The notes beneath the pieces were generated by a model. That model searched no databases. It saw nothing but the letters and a program-made list of their open reading frames with translations, and was not told the origin of the DNA. A DNA stretch of 64,000 bases. It comes from Rhynchobatus australiae. Taxonomy: Eukaryota. Positions 21,398 to 35,184 of the stretch are shown one piece after another. Position 1 is the stretch's first letter, and each line of letters starts with the position of its first letter. Position numbers and translations under genes: made by a program. The stretch spans positions 9,920,045 to 9,984,044 of the forward strand of contig JAUZTB010000062.1 in the NCBI GenBank assembly GCA_034780895.1, given 5' to 3'.

Positions 21398-24300
21398 TTA
21401 AGACATAAATTAATTGAAAATAATATAAATACAGTTCTGATCATTTCTTTCGACTTAAGACTTGGACCATGTGCTCTATGTTACTTTATCATAATGAACA
21501 TTAAATAATTTAAATTTAGAACTAAAATAACTCTTTAATTATCCTTTTACTACTTTACCATTTAAAGTTAGAAAAACAAATCCATAAGGTACCTTTAAAT
21601 CTAAAACACTTCTAATTACATTATTTTATTCAGGGTAATATTTTAGTGCTTTACAAGTGTCAATCATAAACTTTTTCAAAATAATGAAGTTTGTTGGCCA
21701 TAAAAGGAATAGATATTGGATATTAATACCAAAACATTCCCTGGTTTGTATCTGATATTTACTTTTTAATTTTTTACTGCCAATGTGCAGCAACATATTT
21801 ATGAATGATTATGCACACGGCTTGTATTTCAGTTTAAATTTCATATAATGGGATAAAAAAATTGTTTTTTCTGGTAGAGACAGTTCTTTTAAATTTAAGC
21901 TGGATCAATGATTATACGTAACCAATGACTGCATGCAAATAGTCCACAGGTCCATTTTCATCTTCACTCACTCAATGATACTTAATGTCCAAGATACTCT
22001 CACAGTGTTAATTTTTCTGACTACGGTAATGTGGAATTGTTCATGTGGATTTTCCACAGATCTCACCTCAAAGTACGGTTTGAAATCAAATCCAGATACT
22101 AGAAGTTAACAGCTAATGTATTATGGGCAATAGGTCGCTGAACTCTTGGCTTCACTTTTTAGATAAATTAAAAGAATTATACAAATCAATCCCACCCTTC
22201 CAAGACATTCTTTTAATGAATTTCAATTCAAACTCATATCTGCATGAGAAAAAAAATTAAATGGTTAAAATTACATCATAAATCTACGGTATATAGACAC
22301 ATAGGAATGATTATTTTGTATTAAAATAGCTCTCAGGTGTATTATGCATTAATGACTGCAAGTTATAGTACCCAGATGTTAGAACTCCAATTTACATAGC
22401 TAGATCTTATCACTAATTCAAATCATGCATTGCTTTAAACCTTTGGGGGAGAAATTTACATCAGGTTGCTTATACTAAACACACAAGAAAGTAATAGCTT
22501 TGCATTGTATTGAGCTTTTGAGCTTAATGGGCCCAAATTTCAGAGACGGAGTAAAACAAACAGCTGCTATTATATGTTTAGTGTGAGCAACATGAGTGGT
22601 TTCTCCTGCAAAGGAAAAATGACCTTAGAATCAGAATAACCCCTTTTAATTCCAAAGCAGAACTATAGAATCTATTCCAAATAATTATGGATAGAAGGTC
22701 TACTCAAAGCTGATTGGAAGCTTGTAATGATTGAAAGTTTTGAGCTTTAATTAACACATGTGATATTAACAGAAGATCACTTTATATGTCAGTACAGCTT
22801 TCCACTGTGTACCATTANNNNNNNNNNNNNNNNNNNNNNNNNNNNNNNNNNNNNNNNNNNNNNNNNNNNNNNNNNNNNNNNNNNNNNNNNNNNNNNNNNN
22901 NNNNNNNNNNNNNNNNNCCATTATAATAGTCAGTAGTCTCTCTTTATGTAATGAATTCATATCTTCATTTAATCAGAGTTCAGAGGAATAAAATATAAAT
23001 GCAATGGGCAATAGTTTGCTAAACTCTTAGCTTCACTTTTTAGATAAATTAAAGGAATTAATTATGCAAGAATTTCATTTAATGGAAAAAAATGGCATTT
23101 CAAACCCTCAATTAATTACATAAAACATTTTCAAAAAGTGCAAATGTATTTCAACCAAGACAGCTTTCTTTGTAAATGCTTATCCTGACAAATCTGTGGT
23201 TTAATAATTGATTATTGTGAAATTCCTGTTGAATAATTAAATAATTTTTCAATACAATAAAAAGCAGTTTAGACAGTTTTGGTGATATTTGTAGCACAGG
23301 ATGTATTTGATTAGAAATGAGATTAAGCAGCAATGGACATTTCATGGAGGAAGAACAATGCAGAGAGAAATGGCTCATAATGAATGTCAAATGTACTCCG
23401 AAGAATGAAGGATAATTACTAAAGTGCTCAGCAAATTTCAAAACAAAATTGATCAGCAGGTTTTAATGTTTGAAGCCCTAGACCTTCAACTATTAAAATT
23501 GTGCAATATAATTGGTTTCTTAGTATTTGTTAAGCAAATGGACAAATCAATCGGCTTACAAATTTGACTTTGAGATTCCTTTTAATTTACTAGTCAACCT
23601 CCAGTGGCATTGCGGAAAGTGAAGGCTAATTTTAGGTTGGGAGGATTAAGGTATGTACATATTCATTCCAGAGCACACCATTCTCAATTTGAAGTCATTC
23701 ATTGTTATTTTATACAATATACTTTGATTTTGGTTATAGGTAAATGATAAAATGTACAGTAGTTTTCTGAAGATGCAAATAAAATGCAATGGCATCCTAT
23801 TTTTGTACTATTACAATTTTATAGTTGGAACAACAATCAGTTTCAGCTGGTTACAGCAATCCCTTTGCTACCATTGGAAATAAAACAGAATTCATTCAAG
23901 ACATTGATCTGCCAAAGAAATGTAAGATTAACTAGATTCGAGTCATTAAAACCTCAGTTATCTTTCAAGAACATACGATTTCTAATACCTGTAACATAGC
24001 TGAGCAGAGCTGCATTCCTACCAAAATTATTAACTGTGAATTTTAAACCAGGTTGTTACATAAAACAGTATTAATATATTATTTTGGAAACTGGGATGGA
24101 AAATCTATGAGAATCCACCAAGGAAAATTCCTTGAATTGCATTCATGATAAACTGGATGCTTAGCCTATGTTTTTCTAACATAGTTTACATGATTCATCT
24201 TTCCCCTGTTAAAATTATTGGAAAATAATTGTGTAAATCACTAGTTGCTTTTTTTTTAAAGAACTGGGGCTTAATATAAAAGGCATTTCAAATACATTAC

Positions 24301-24643
24301 TAAAATTTTGTTTGAAATATGTTGAGATGGTCAGGTTGAATTATTAATTATGCTAACATTTAAATGCCTCTATAACTACATAGAAAACTTTACAGTTTAT
24401 AATGCTTATTTATCCTTAAACCCTACTAAATTTCACATGTTTTTTCTTGCATTTACATTTTTAAGTTCTAACACTCAAAGAAGGATTCATGTTGTTCTTC
24501 ACCATAATTTACCTTCTTAAAGCTGCTTTCACAAAACATGCCAAAAATGTTTCACACTACAAAACTCAACTGATTCACAGTAATGAAAATAATTACAATT
24601 CCCAGGATTGGCGAGCAGCTAAAAATAAACCAAGTTAACTCAC

Positions 24644-24755
24644 CCAATTTGAGGAGCCAGCCCTCTCGATCTGGATTGAAGAATGTGTGGGTCAAGTCAT
24701 TGCCGTCATCTTCTGGAATTTTGAATGGTTCGTTCTTAATACTTTCATACAGATT
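24644..24755 (-). CDS. CYTH1: CYTH1 exon 9 (112 nt): [37 protein letters not shown](G), Sec7-PH linker and PH beta1
   Basis: Acceptor ttaacAG, donor GTGAGT; ends in phase 1. Confidence 0.97.
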
Positions 24756-25386
24756 CTGTTAACAAAGGTCAAAATTAGTTAATATTTCATTAGTAACTAT
24801 ATCATGGATAAAATAACAAAATAAATTTTTTACCATATTTGTAATTCTGTGAATATTTAAAACCCCAGCCACCATGGATTAGTTTATTTGGTTAGATTGC
24901 CATAATTGCTGACAAGTTTATTGTGCACCACCTGGATGTTGCAAGTCCTAATTCACTGGGTGGGAAAAGTAACTCTATTCAGAGAAACTAAGTTAAGGAT
25001 TTGAAAGCCAAATTTCAGAAAATGCAACAAAATTGAATTCAAATTAAATGAACTGTGGAAAAAAACAATAGGATCAGAAATGAGCAACAGCCGGAATATG
25101 TTCTTATTTTTATATAAAAGCTGTGTTTTAGAGATTAAACTCTGTAGTTTATACTTAATACAATAAAGTTATTCTTTATCTTTAACTAATGTTATTATTG
25201 TGATAATTTTTGCTCACTAACCAGTACATTTGAAGGAAAAAAACAAAGCCAGTATTTTTCTGGACCCGTTCAAGGAACAGGTGAGGTTTATGGAGCCACA
25301 GTAGTCACTAATTTCCCCTTTGAAAATGTGCATGCATTACTCAGTACAACTGTCACACAAACACAGCAAACAAATGTGATGCTTAC

Positions 25387-25535
25387 TCGTAGTAGTTCTT
25401 CAGGTAAGTCACCACCATCGTTTATTCCTCTGTTCATCAGAATGAACCTTTCCACAGTGGGTTTATCCTTAACATTTGGATTGTGTAGACTGGTATTCAG
25501 CATAATAATTGCAAAAGATAATACATAGCATGTAT
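25387..25535 (-). CDS. CYTH1: CYTH1 exon 8 (149 nt): (D)[49 protein letters not shown]
   Basis: Acceptor ctttgcAG, donor GTAAGC; Sec7 motif IMLNTSLHN; overlaps ORF 25288..25503. Confidence 0.97.
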
Positions 25536-25661
25536 CTGCAAAGAAAACTGGACTTCAGTTTTGTATGTTAGTAAAAGGTCCATATTGCCCCATTAGAAGA
25601 TTACTGAAAGTGCTGAAACATGAAATAAACAGAAATAAATAATTACATTAAAATATAAAAG

Positions 25662-25720
25662 CACAGACACACACACACACATATATATATACATAAAATA
25701 TACACACACATATATATATA
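25662..25720. repeat. Compound (CA)n/(TA)n microsatellite
   Basis: cacagacacacacacacacatatatatatacataaaatatacacacacatatatatata. Confidence 0.9.
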
Positions 25721-26093
25721 AGAAAGTTCAAGATTGGAGGTCAAATTGTACTATTAATAAAATGAAAATGTATGTCACCAATATAATATTTTGATGCAAA
25801 ATTTGCTAAGATTGAATGTCATTCAAATGGGCAAAACAAAACAAACTGAACTGTTTTTGAAAGAAGCATTCCCTCATGCTACTTTGCCACTGGTTTCTCC
25901 AGTAACTATTGACATGGCCCCTTTCCTAATAACTCTAAGTACACAGAAATCAAATTAGTTTAAATAACACAACATTCAAAAATTGATTCTGGAGCTCCAT
26001 TGAAAATACTAAATAGTTCCTTATTATTTCAGTTCAAAGCAAGTTATTATTGAATTAATTGGCAAAGACATACAAGGCACTGCCGTTGCTTAC

Positions 26094-26206
26094 CAGTGGA
26101 TTGAAAAACTCCAGGATTACAGTGACAGTATCGCTGTGCAAAAGCTTCCATCATTCGGTCAATCTTCTGTGCCTCTCCAGGTAACCGGAAGCTCCACAAA
26201 AATTGC
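26094..26206 (-). CDS. CYTH1: CYTH1 exon 7 (113 nt): [37 protein letters not shown], catalytic glutamate finger
   Basis: Acceptor atcAG, donor GTAAGC; the FRLPGE Sec7 catalytic motif is intact. Confidence 0.97.
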
Positions 26207-26744
26207 CTGATATTTTTATATTATTTTAATAGAATTATTGAATTGCTAATATACAGATTCTAAATTTTAATATTTAGTTGTGAGATTGGAACCAGCATGC
26301 ATCCTTCATTCTGCATTAACACCAACATTTGTATAAGGGTACTGTGTGGCATTTTTCGGAATACAAGAAGCTACATTATTTATGTAGCTATGTCTGTGGA
26401 GTGTCTTCTGAAGCTGAGAGAAAATCTGTTCATTCAAAATATGTTTGGTTATACTAAATAGATCCTTATATCCAGCTCATTGGGAACATGTTCATCTTAT
26501 TTTATACATGCTATATAAATTNNNNNNNNNNTACGATCTATTAATCTACCATTGCATTTTACTCTAATGATATATTCAAATTTCTACTTGTTCAATTAAG
26601 AAGATCGATTTAAGTAATTACATAGAACACCAAAGCAAGCCTGCCATGTGCTAGTCTAGCAACCTGAACTTTCTTACATTCAGCTCAAAGTTGTGCTGGA
26701 GTTCCAAAGCTGCCAATCCCTCGCCGGTACCATATTTTCATACA

Positions 26745-27065
26745 TTATAGAACAAGGCCATTCATCCCATAAAGTCTGTGCCAGCTCACAGTGCAATCTC
26801 TTCCCCTACTAATTTTCCCTGTAACCTCTTCTACCAACATTTATGTCAATTCCCCCCAGATTCTATGCCTCACCTACACACTGAGGCCAATTAACCTACC
26901 AACCTACATGTCTTTTGGAAATGGGAGGAAATTGGGAATACCAAGGGGCAGGTCACAGGTGGTCAGGGAGAACATGCAATCTCCACACAAACAGCACCAG
27001 AGGTCAGGATTGAACCTGGGTCACTGGAGCGGTGAAGCAGAAGCTCAATGAGCTGCATTCCTGCA
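26745..27065 (-). mobile_element. V-SINE (HE1-like), older copy
   Basis: tgtcttttggaaatgggaggaa...gggagaacatgcaatctccacaca...aggattgaacctgggtcactggagc (reverse of V-domain and B box). Confidence 0.8.
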
Positions 27066-28297
27066 TTACCTGCTTACCCTCACCAAATTTCTCATTTCTC
27101 CCATACAAAACTATACAGTGTGTTTTCATTTTCTATTCCTTCAGAAATTTGGGAGGCATCAGGGAGGTGATCAATTTTGTATTCAACAGATGTAGGCATA
27201 GATAAGTTTCAAAGAGGCATTATTGGATAGCATTTAGAAATCTAACCTAAAGGCAGCATGATGTGCTGAGTTCACATAAATTAGTACAAACATGGATTAT
27301 CTTGGTCGCTCACAGGATTATGACTCACTTATTCAAAAACTTGTCTGTGGCCTTAACTAGTTAGGCATCAAGAGTCACTTTCCACATAATGGAAATTCCA
27401 ACCTCAACTAAGGTTGAATGGCAATTTCAAAATATATTTGCCTGTATTATTTAACTGTATGTTATAGGACTTTATAGCATATTATACACCTCCAAAATAG
27501 CTAAAAATATTTATTTAATCTAAAATATATTCATTTAATGCAGCATGAAACCGATGAACATATTTCATGCCCAAATGGTCCAAAACAATCTGCTTCCATA
27601 TAGAAAGAGCTAGAATGATGCCTCCCAAAATTATAACTTATCTCAATCCATTGGTACTGGGTTATGCAATTTGCATCGTGCATCAACCTTCTTCTTTATG
27701 CATTTTGATTCTACCACAAACTACAATATTAGCTACACTCACACAGTGAAACAAAAACAAGCTAGTGAAGTTTCTTCTTGATACTGTGGTGAATCTGTTA
27801 GAATATCGGAATAATANNNNNNNNNNNNNTAGTGTTTTTGGTTAAAAGATAGTCATTTTGCACAATGATGGTTGGATCTCTCCACACCCAGCAATTCATA
27901 TAGATTTTTAAATAGTTAAGGTACACATCATTACATTGAATTTTGCATAATAACACTGTTTATAGCCAGCAATTAACAGTTGTTAATTTGTAATAAAACA
28001 AATTGGAGGTGCATAATATGCTATAAAGTCCTATAACATACAGATGAATAATACAGGCAAATATATTTTAAAATTGATTTTAACTTGTGTAAATGGATCA
28101 GACTGAAAATTCATTTGGTAGACTTACCATCTATTTTAATTTTATAACCAGCCCACTGCCACTTCACAGGCACCTGGCCACTATTGATAAGCAAGTAACT
28201 TCCAAATTATTTGTGAGGATTGAAAAAAGACAAACACTGCTGGGCTGCCTAAATGCTCACATCAATTTCCTTGTATTTCATTACTAATCATTCTTAC

Positions 28298-28378
28298 CGC
28301 AAAGCCTGCACCAGATTTAAGTCTGTGAATTCATGAAGCTCCACAAAGGCATGGAGAACTTTGACATTGAATTCATCC
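28298..28378 (-). CDS. CYTH1: CYTH1 exon 6 (81 nt): [26 protein letters not shown](R)
   Basis: Acceptor cttgcAG, donor GTAAGA; Sec7 sequence. Confidence 0.96.
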
Positions 28379-28459
28379 CTGCAAGAGGTCAGAGGTAACA
28401 TTCTGTTAGCAGAAAATGTGGTTAAGTTTTGCACATATTTGTTAATTTTAAGTTACTCA

Positions 28460-29520
28460 GAATAATAGTACAACAAGAAAGTTGTGCTTCAGCCCATCAT
28501 GCTTGTGCTTGTTCCAGGGAGGAGTTGTCTAATTAGTTCCACACCCTGCTCTGTCTCCAGAGCCCTGCAATACCCAAATTGTCAGCAATGTGAGCATTCA
28601 GGTCTGTGTTAAGAATTCACAAAAAAAATACATAATTTATGTTACCATCACATGATTTCAATCTTTTCAGCTCTAAGGAGAACCCCAGCTTCTCCAGTCC
28701 TACCTGATATCTGAAACCCCTCAACCCTGGAATCACTCCAGCAAATCTTCTCTGTACCTTCCAGGACATTCAAATCCTTCTTAAAGATAGGTGACCAGAA
28801 TTGGAAGCAATACTCCAGTTCTTGCATAACCNNNNNNNNNNNNNNNNNNNNNNNNNNNNNNNNNNNNNNNNNNNNNNNNNNNNNNNNNNNNNNNNNNNNN
28901 NNNNNNNNNNNNNNNNNNNNNNNNNNNNNNNNNNNNNNNNNNNNNNNNNNTACCTTCAAAGATTTATGTACATTAACAACCAGATCCACATGTTCCTGCA
29001 TTCACCTCAGACTGACTGGCACAGTTCCAATGGCTTTCCTTGTTCTTTCTGTTCAAGTGCTTCACTTCACACTTCTCTGTATTAAGTTTCTACTGCCGTT
29101 CATCTGCCTGTTCTGCCAGCCAATGTCTTCTTGCAGTCTATTCCTAACCTCCTCACTGTTTACCACAAGCTTTCTGTGATCTGTAAAGTTAAACATTTTA
29201 TTTTGCACACCCCAGCCTAAGTCACTAATATACATCAAATGAGCAGTGACACCAGCTCAAACTCCCAAGAAACACTGCCATCTACCTTCCTCCTGTTAAG
29301 GAAACAGTTGTCTACAGCTACAACTTTTTGCCCTCTGGCCAATTTTCTATCCACAGTAACACGTGAATTCCCAGGGCCCCAACTCTTTTAGAGTGGGTTT
29401 TTATCAAAGGCCTGAAAATCAGAGTAAACGATATCTACAACATTTTCTTCATCAACCTTCTCGATCATCTCATCAAAAAATGAAATCCATTAGTCAAATG
29501 CAATTTGCATTTAACAAATT
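28460..29520 (-). mobile_element. Old CR1-type LINE fragments
   Basis: ORF 28648..29001 contains ELEYCFQFWSPIFKKDLNVLE (CR1 motif LEYCVQFWSP). Confidence 0.75.
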
Positions 29521-29544
29521 GATTGAAATTCTCAAGTTACATTG

Positions 29545-29720
29545 GGAACAGAACATGAGGAAAAGGATCAGGAGTGGGCCATATAACCCTTTGCACAGCT
29601 CTATCATTCAAAGAGATCAAGGCTGATATTTTGGTTCTATGCCATTTGTCTACACTAATCTCTCATATTTGTTCCCTTAAACTCTGTCATTCTCTGCCTT
29701 GAATATATCACAAATGTCTG
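29545..29720 (-). mobile_element. CR1-type 3' tail fragment
   Basis: gaacatgagg...ggatcaggagtgggccat...gagatcaaggctgat tail motif. Confidence 0.55.
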
Positions 29721-31331
29721 GGAGNNNNNNNNNNNNNNNNNNNNNNNNNNNNNNNNNNNNNNNNNNNNNNNNNNNNNNNNNNNNNNNNNNNNNNNNNNNN
29801 NNNNNNNNNNNNNNNNNNNNNNNNCTGGGAGGTGCTGAGAGAACATCACACAGTCCAGCATTGTAGGTGGAGAGAAACTATTTCTGTTGACTGGACATTT
29901 CAAGCCTAGGGGACAATTAATCAAAGTTGATATTCAACTTTATATGAAACAAAATATCAACTTTAATGAAACAATAGTCTCATGTGCTAAAGGGCAAAGC
30001 AAGTAGTTTTACAGACTGTTCCATGTACTTCCCCGTCACACAGTCACAGAAAATTTACCATTCAGCTCATCATGTTTGTGCTAATCAATAAAGAACGATA
30101 CAAGCTAATCCTACTTTTCAGCACATGTTCTGTAAATTCTGCAGGTCATGGCTCTTCTACTGTTTAAACACAATATTTTCTGCTTTTACCACCTTTTGGG
30201 CAGAGAGTTTCAGACACCGAAACATCCTCTTTCATATACTTCGATCCAAATATTCCCTCAGCAGTAAAGGAGAGAACCAGTTTAATGTTTTAAAAGGAAA
30301 ATTATAGATTTACATAATTCCATCTTAAATTACTGGGAAGTCTAACTCTAAATAGAAGGACTCCCAAAATAAGATCTGGAGAAGTTTAAAATCATATTTG
30401 ATGGAAAGTTAATGCAAAATACTGATTTGATAGATTCATATATTCCTGGACTAAACCAGGCTCTTTCCCAAATACAAATGTTACAAATCAAGTCTATTAA
30501 GGAGCTCATTTTGCATTGACCTCCAAACTCTATGTAATTGTACTTTTGCATTAGAAAACTCAACCTTTGTAATCTCACACAGAAAAAGTGAGGAAATACT
30601 AACCATTGATCACCTTCTTTTCAAAAAAAAGATATGAACGCCTGACTTCAGGATTGGCAAGAGACATTCTCTTGGCAAGATGGAATGAGGCACACAGGGG
30701 AGGGCCAATGTGGCTCACAGCTGTACAGTTACATCTGTGAGGCAACAGCCACTTTAAGGCTTGGATTTTATTTGCAATCAATGGGTGAGCTGCTGTCACT
30801 TTAAAGCAGCTTGCTACTCCTGTCAGAGTTGAAAATTGAGCTGTTTCTCTGCAGATAGTGGGGTGGAGGACGCAATACTGTGGAGACTTGCAAATAATGT
30901 CAAGCACTCAGAAATGACTGTGGGTTCACTTGGAGCAATCGTATTCCTAACTTACCATTGAAACCTTCCTGTCTTTTTTGTAAAGCAACCAGCAGCCTCT
31001 ATTATGAACGACTGATCAACCTATATAACGTCAAATAGGTGGAGTCTGTACCAAATATGCTACAATCATTTGAACCCATTGAAGGTTCCAATCAGTGCCC
31101 AAGATACATCATGGAACTGCAATCTGCATATAGAAGTCACCTCCCAACTTCAAGAGGGAAGCACTGTAACAGGCCAGAATCCTGACTGAGAGAGTGACAG
31201 CTGACACATTAATGTTAATGGGACCTGGTGCTACTTCCAGTTTAAAATGGGACCTTTAAGTCAGACTTAAAGCTGTTGAGTTGTTACAAATTACACTTCG
31301 TCCAAAATTAATAAACCAGAACAAGTGTTAC

Positions 31332-31450
31332 CTCTCTCCGAGATAATCCCCAATTGCAGTCTTGTTTAGTCCCTCTCCTTTGTACAGAAACTGCGCAATA
31401 TCCTCTCGAGTATTCTTTAAAAGCTCATTTTCAATCAGGAATTGAATCCC
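31332..31450 (-). CDS. CYTH1: CYTH1 exon 5 (119 nt): [39 protein letters not shown](R)
   Basis: Acceptor gttacAG, donor GTAACA; Sec7 motif [13 protein letters not shown]. Confidence 0.96.
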
Positions 31451-32009
31451 CTGTAACAAAGCACACACTTGAAATTCAACTGATGACTTTAAAAACAATA
31501 AATATCAGAGCATTTATTTTAACCGATCCCATTACCAGGGGTACAACAAGGTACAGTCAAGTAGACGTACAAGAGGGTGGAATATTTTTGGAAGTGAATG
31601 CATGGATGTGATACAATCAAGAGACTTAGATTTAAAAATAGATTCAAGGCTCATAAAATTTCAAATTTCAATTTAAGACCTTTAACAAATAGCATCAATC
31701 TGATAGAATGTATGGATATCAATACAGATTACAGTTTCTTTTCTAATTTTCACCTTTATAATTTGTTTAATAAAAATGTGATTCAAGAAACTTGTGTGTA
31801 TCTCGTCAGTAATGAGCTTCTTGATGTGTTCTTACGTTGATCAAAAGACCAGAATAAAATATTCTGTTATAACTACTATGCTTCAGGTTGAATGATGTGC
31901 AATCACAAGTATTATTAAGGTATTTATGATGTTACCGCACCAAAACTTTAATGAGAAGTAGCTTTTCTAAAAAAAATCAGTGTAAACTAGGGGAAAAGTT
32001 GCAGCAAAC

Positions 32010-32090
32010 AAAACTCTGTTTCTCTCTCCACAGATGCTGCCTGACCTGCTGAGTGCCTTCCGCATCTTCCGTTTTTATTTCAGATTTTCA
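32010..32090. mobile_element. Penelope-derived repeat fragment
   Basis: ctctgtttctctctccacagatgctgcctgacctgctgag is the reverse complement of the motif at 42248-42286. Confidence 0.65.
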
Positions 32091-33444
32091 TTTCCTCTCA
32101 TCAGTGGAGTTTACTTATCCATGGAATATTATTAAACAAATACAAGATCATTTCTGAATTATATTCATTTTCAACAGTAACAAGTAACAATTTTGCATAA
32201 CATGAACAATTCAATGCAACAGTGCTCAATTGTTAGCTGTCAATTATTTTACAATATCCTGGAAGGGAATGAGGGCAATTATCATAATTAAACTTTTTCC
32301 CATTATAGGAATCTTGCCTCTGTGCAGTTTGGCTGGTCTCCAACAAATCCCAAAATGTGCCTTAATAATAGGATTCTCTTGATAAATGAGGATAATAGTC
32401 CAAAAAATAACTTAGCTGTTCATATAGTTGAGAGCTAATTTACTGATTACAGAAACATATTACAGTTAATGCAGTTGAGTATAATAATGATTTTTGTTAT
32501 TTTAATAAAATGGTATATCCTTATTCGCCCCCCCCCCTCATTTTGTTACCATTCTCTAACCGAAAAATACAGACATCTGGCCTGTTCCAAATAAAATTCA
32601 TGTTCTGCCATAAGAAAGTGATAAAGTGCTCAATGGGTTGCAGTAATTTCTCAATTTTTTTTGTACATGGAGCTTTTTTGAAGGCAGCTTTCATAAATGT
32701 CAGTACCACAACAGCTGTGAAGTAAATAAAAATAACAAACGTTCATTAATGCCACTGAAATCTGAGTATACAACCATTGTGAAGAAACATTTCACAAATT
32801 TACTGTGTGAAGTTCAACAACCTCTCACCACTTCCAAGATCTATAACTTGTTTTTTTTAAACATATGTACCTTCTGCAACAAATATGTACACAAATAGAC
32901 ATGTATAATAATAGTATCATTAAATCTGAGGACTCACATAAATCATAATCACAGTGTATTTACAATTAACAGTTAAATGCCTTAAATATCACTTTGCTAT
33001 AAAGGATTAGATGCTGCCATCAATTTTCCCAAAGAAATTAAAGTAAAAAAAAACAAGTAGTTGTTTTCTTTTTGCATAAAGTATTAAAAATCACATTACC
33101 ATTTTTCTGGAGATATTCACAAAAACAATTTAATTACAGGAATTCATTTGGGATTCTTACTTTGAAATTAATCTTTGACAGATGTTTTCAGAATGAGATT
33201 CAATTAGCTTCCCCAGTTTTAAATCAATGTGTTCTGTGCTTTGAAAATAAAATTGCCAGAACTGAGTGCAATTCCCCAAAACTTTAATTAATAAATCATG
33301 TAAGATGGCATAAATAAGATCATGGAGTACTGCAGAAGAGGCATCTTCGAAACTCTGATAAATTTCACTAAAGAGCAAAAATTTGGCTGGAATGATGGGA
33401 TTGCCAGGCTTGACTTTGAAGACCACAAATGTGCATAATCTAAC

Positions 33445-33530
33445 AAACTGCCAGAGGTACTCAGTGAGTCAGGCAGCACATGTGGAGACAGAGGGATGGT
33501 CGACGTTTTGGGTCAAGACCCTGCATACCT
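33445..33530. mobile_element. Penelope-derived repeat fragment
   Basis: actcagtgagtcaggcagcacatgtggag...gtcgacgttttgggtcaagaccc. Confidence 0.65.
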
Positions 33531-34322
33531 GTGCAAAATGTCAACATTATGCATTCTCTTTCAGATAAAAGAATTGCATAAATACCAACTCTTCCAGTGA
33601 AGCCTGTTTTATGTACACACTTACATAAATGTGAGTTACCACTGTCACTATTGATTCTGTGGCTATTCCTTTATTTGCTGCACCAGCGTACATTTGATGG
33701 CTTTACATTCGCCAATCAGGGAAGAAGACTATCAGCTCATCATTACAAAAATATCGTAGAGGATAATTAATAAAATGTAATAATTGCTTACCCCTTCCCC
33801 AATTTAGAAAATAATGTATTCATCACACATATCTTTACCCATTTCTAATGTCAACCTCATTCTTTGACATCTATCAAGTGTTAGCTTAAAATTCAAAGCA
33901 GCTGAGATTTGGCTTTATGCTAATGTTACTCCAATGGTTTGTGAATATCCTAGATAAAATGTGAATTTATAATTGTGTTTGAAAAATGTACCAATTTTTA
34001 TCAAATCTGTATCACTCACCTTCAACAGATGAAGTGGGAACCACAACAGGGAATGGTCTGCTGAAATGAACACCCTTGATGGATTGAAACAGCCTTGTCA
34101 CACCTACTTCTCACCCACACTCACGGGTGAATAAAGGACAAGTGTCCCACAGAAGGGAGAGGTATCAGAAGGCCTCCCTTGTACCTGAACCCACCCTGAC
34201 ATAACCCAATAGTAGTTGTGATGATTAATTGAGGTCTATGTATAAGACATATTCAGCAATATAATAACAAAATAAACACTGCCTCAAAACATTGAGAATA
34301 TGGAAACAATAAGATTTCCCAC

Positions 34323-34389
34323 CTTCTTGGGATCCATATTGAATTTCTTCCGGCCCATAGCCACTTGTTTATTCCGTTGCATATTTTTT
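34323..34389 (-). CDS. CYTH1: CYTH1 exon 4 (67 nt): KNMQRNKQVAMGRKKFNMDPKK, start of Sec7 domain
   Basis: Acceptor tttttcAG, donor GTGGGA; peptide also visible in ORF 34284..34469. Confidence 0.96.
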
Positions 34390-34484
34390 CTGAAAAATGA
34401 ATTAAACTTGCATGTTAATTGAAAAGGACAGCCATTGATTCCTAAAGCGTTTATGAGGATACTAAACATGATATAAAAACATTA

Positions 34485-34575
34485 AGTGCTGGAAATACAG
34501 GTCAGGCTGTATCTGTGGGAAGAGAAACAGAATTAATGTTTCAGGTCAAAGACCCTTTGTCAGAACTGGGAAGGA
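34485..34575. mobile_element. Penelope-derived repeat fragment
   Basis: tgctggaaatacaggtcaggctgtatctgtgg...aatgtttcaggtcaaagaccctttgtcagaactggg. Confidence 0.65.
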
Positions 34576-35184
34576 GAGTAAAGAAGCTCATTAAGCTTTC
34601 ATCTTCTTTCATATGATCAGATATTGGACTTGACTGATACACAAAGCCAATCAATGCTATCTCTTGTTTAAATGCAGATAGTCATTTTCAACAAATGCAA
34701 AGGACTACAAACACAATACAAGGCACAACAAAGAACTTATGATTACATACCATATTTAATCATCTAGATGTCATAAGTGCTTTACGACTAATGAAATAAT
34801 CTTATAATGCAGTCACACTATAAGCTATGAGGTGGTTTGCTGGCATACTTTGCTGGTCAGCCACCCAAAGTTGGAAACATTGGTGCTTTTTTGCAGCAAA
34901 GTTTCTGAACAGCATTTCAGATGCAAAACCGCTGAGTGATTTCCTAAACTTTTCTATCTAATAACACTTACGATCAGAAGAATCAGTCCCGACCAGAAAT
35001 GTAACCCAGGACACTCCTGGTTCACATTCACAGAACCACATTATGCCAGGTATGTATGGTATGCTCTACTGCTATCTCAAAAACAATAGTTAAATAAGTA
35101 TGGAGCTTTCTTAAAAATATATGTAAACAAAGTTTGGAAAATTGACAAAATGCCACACAAAGAAACCTGTACTCTAAAAGTACG

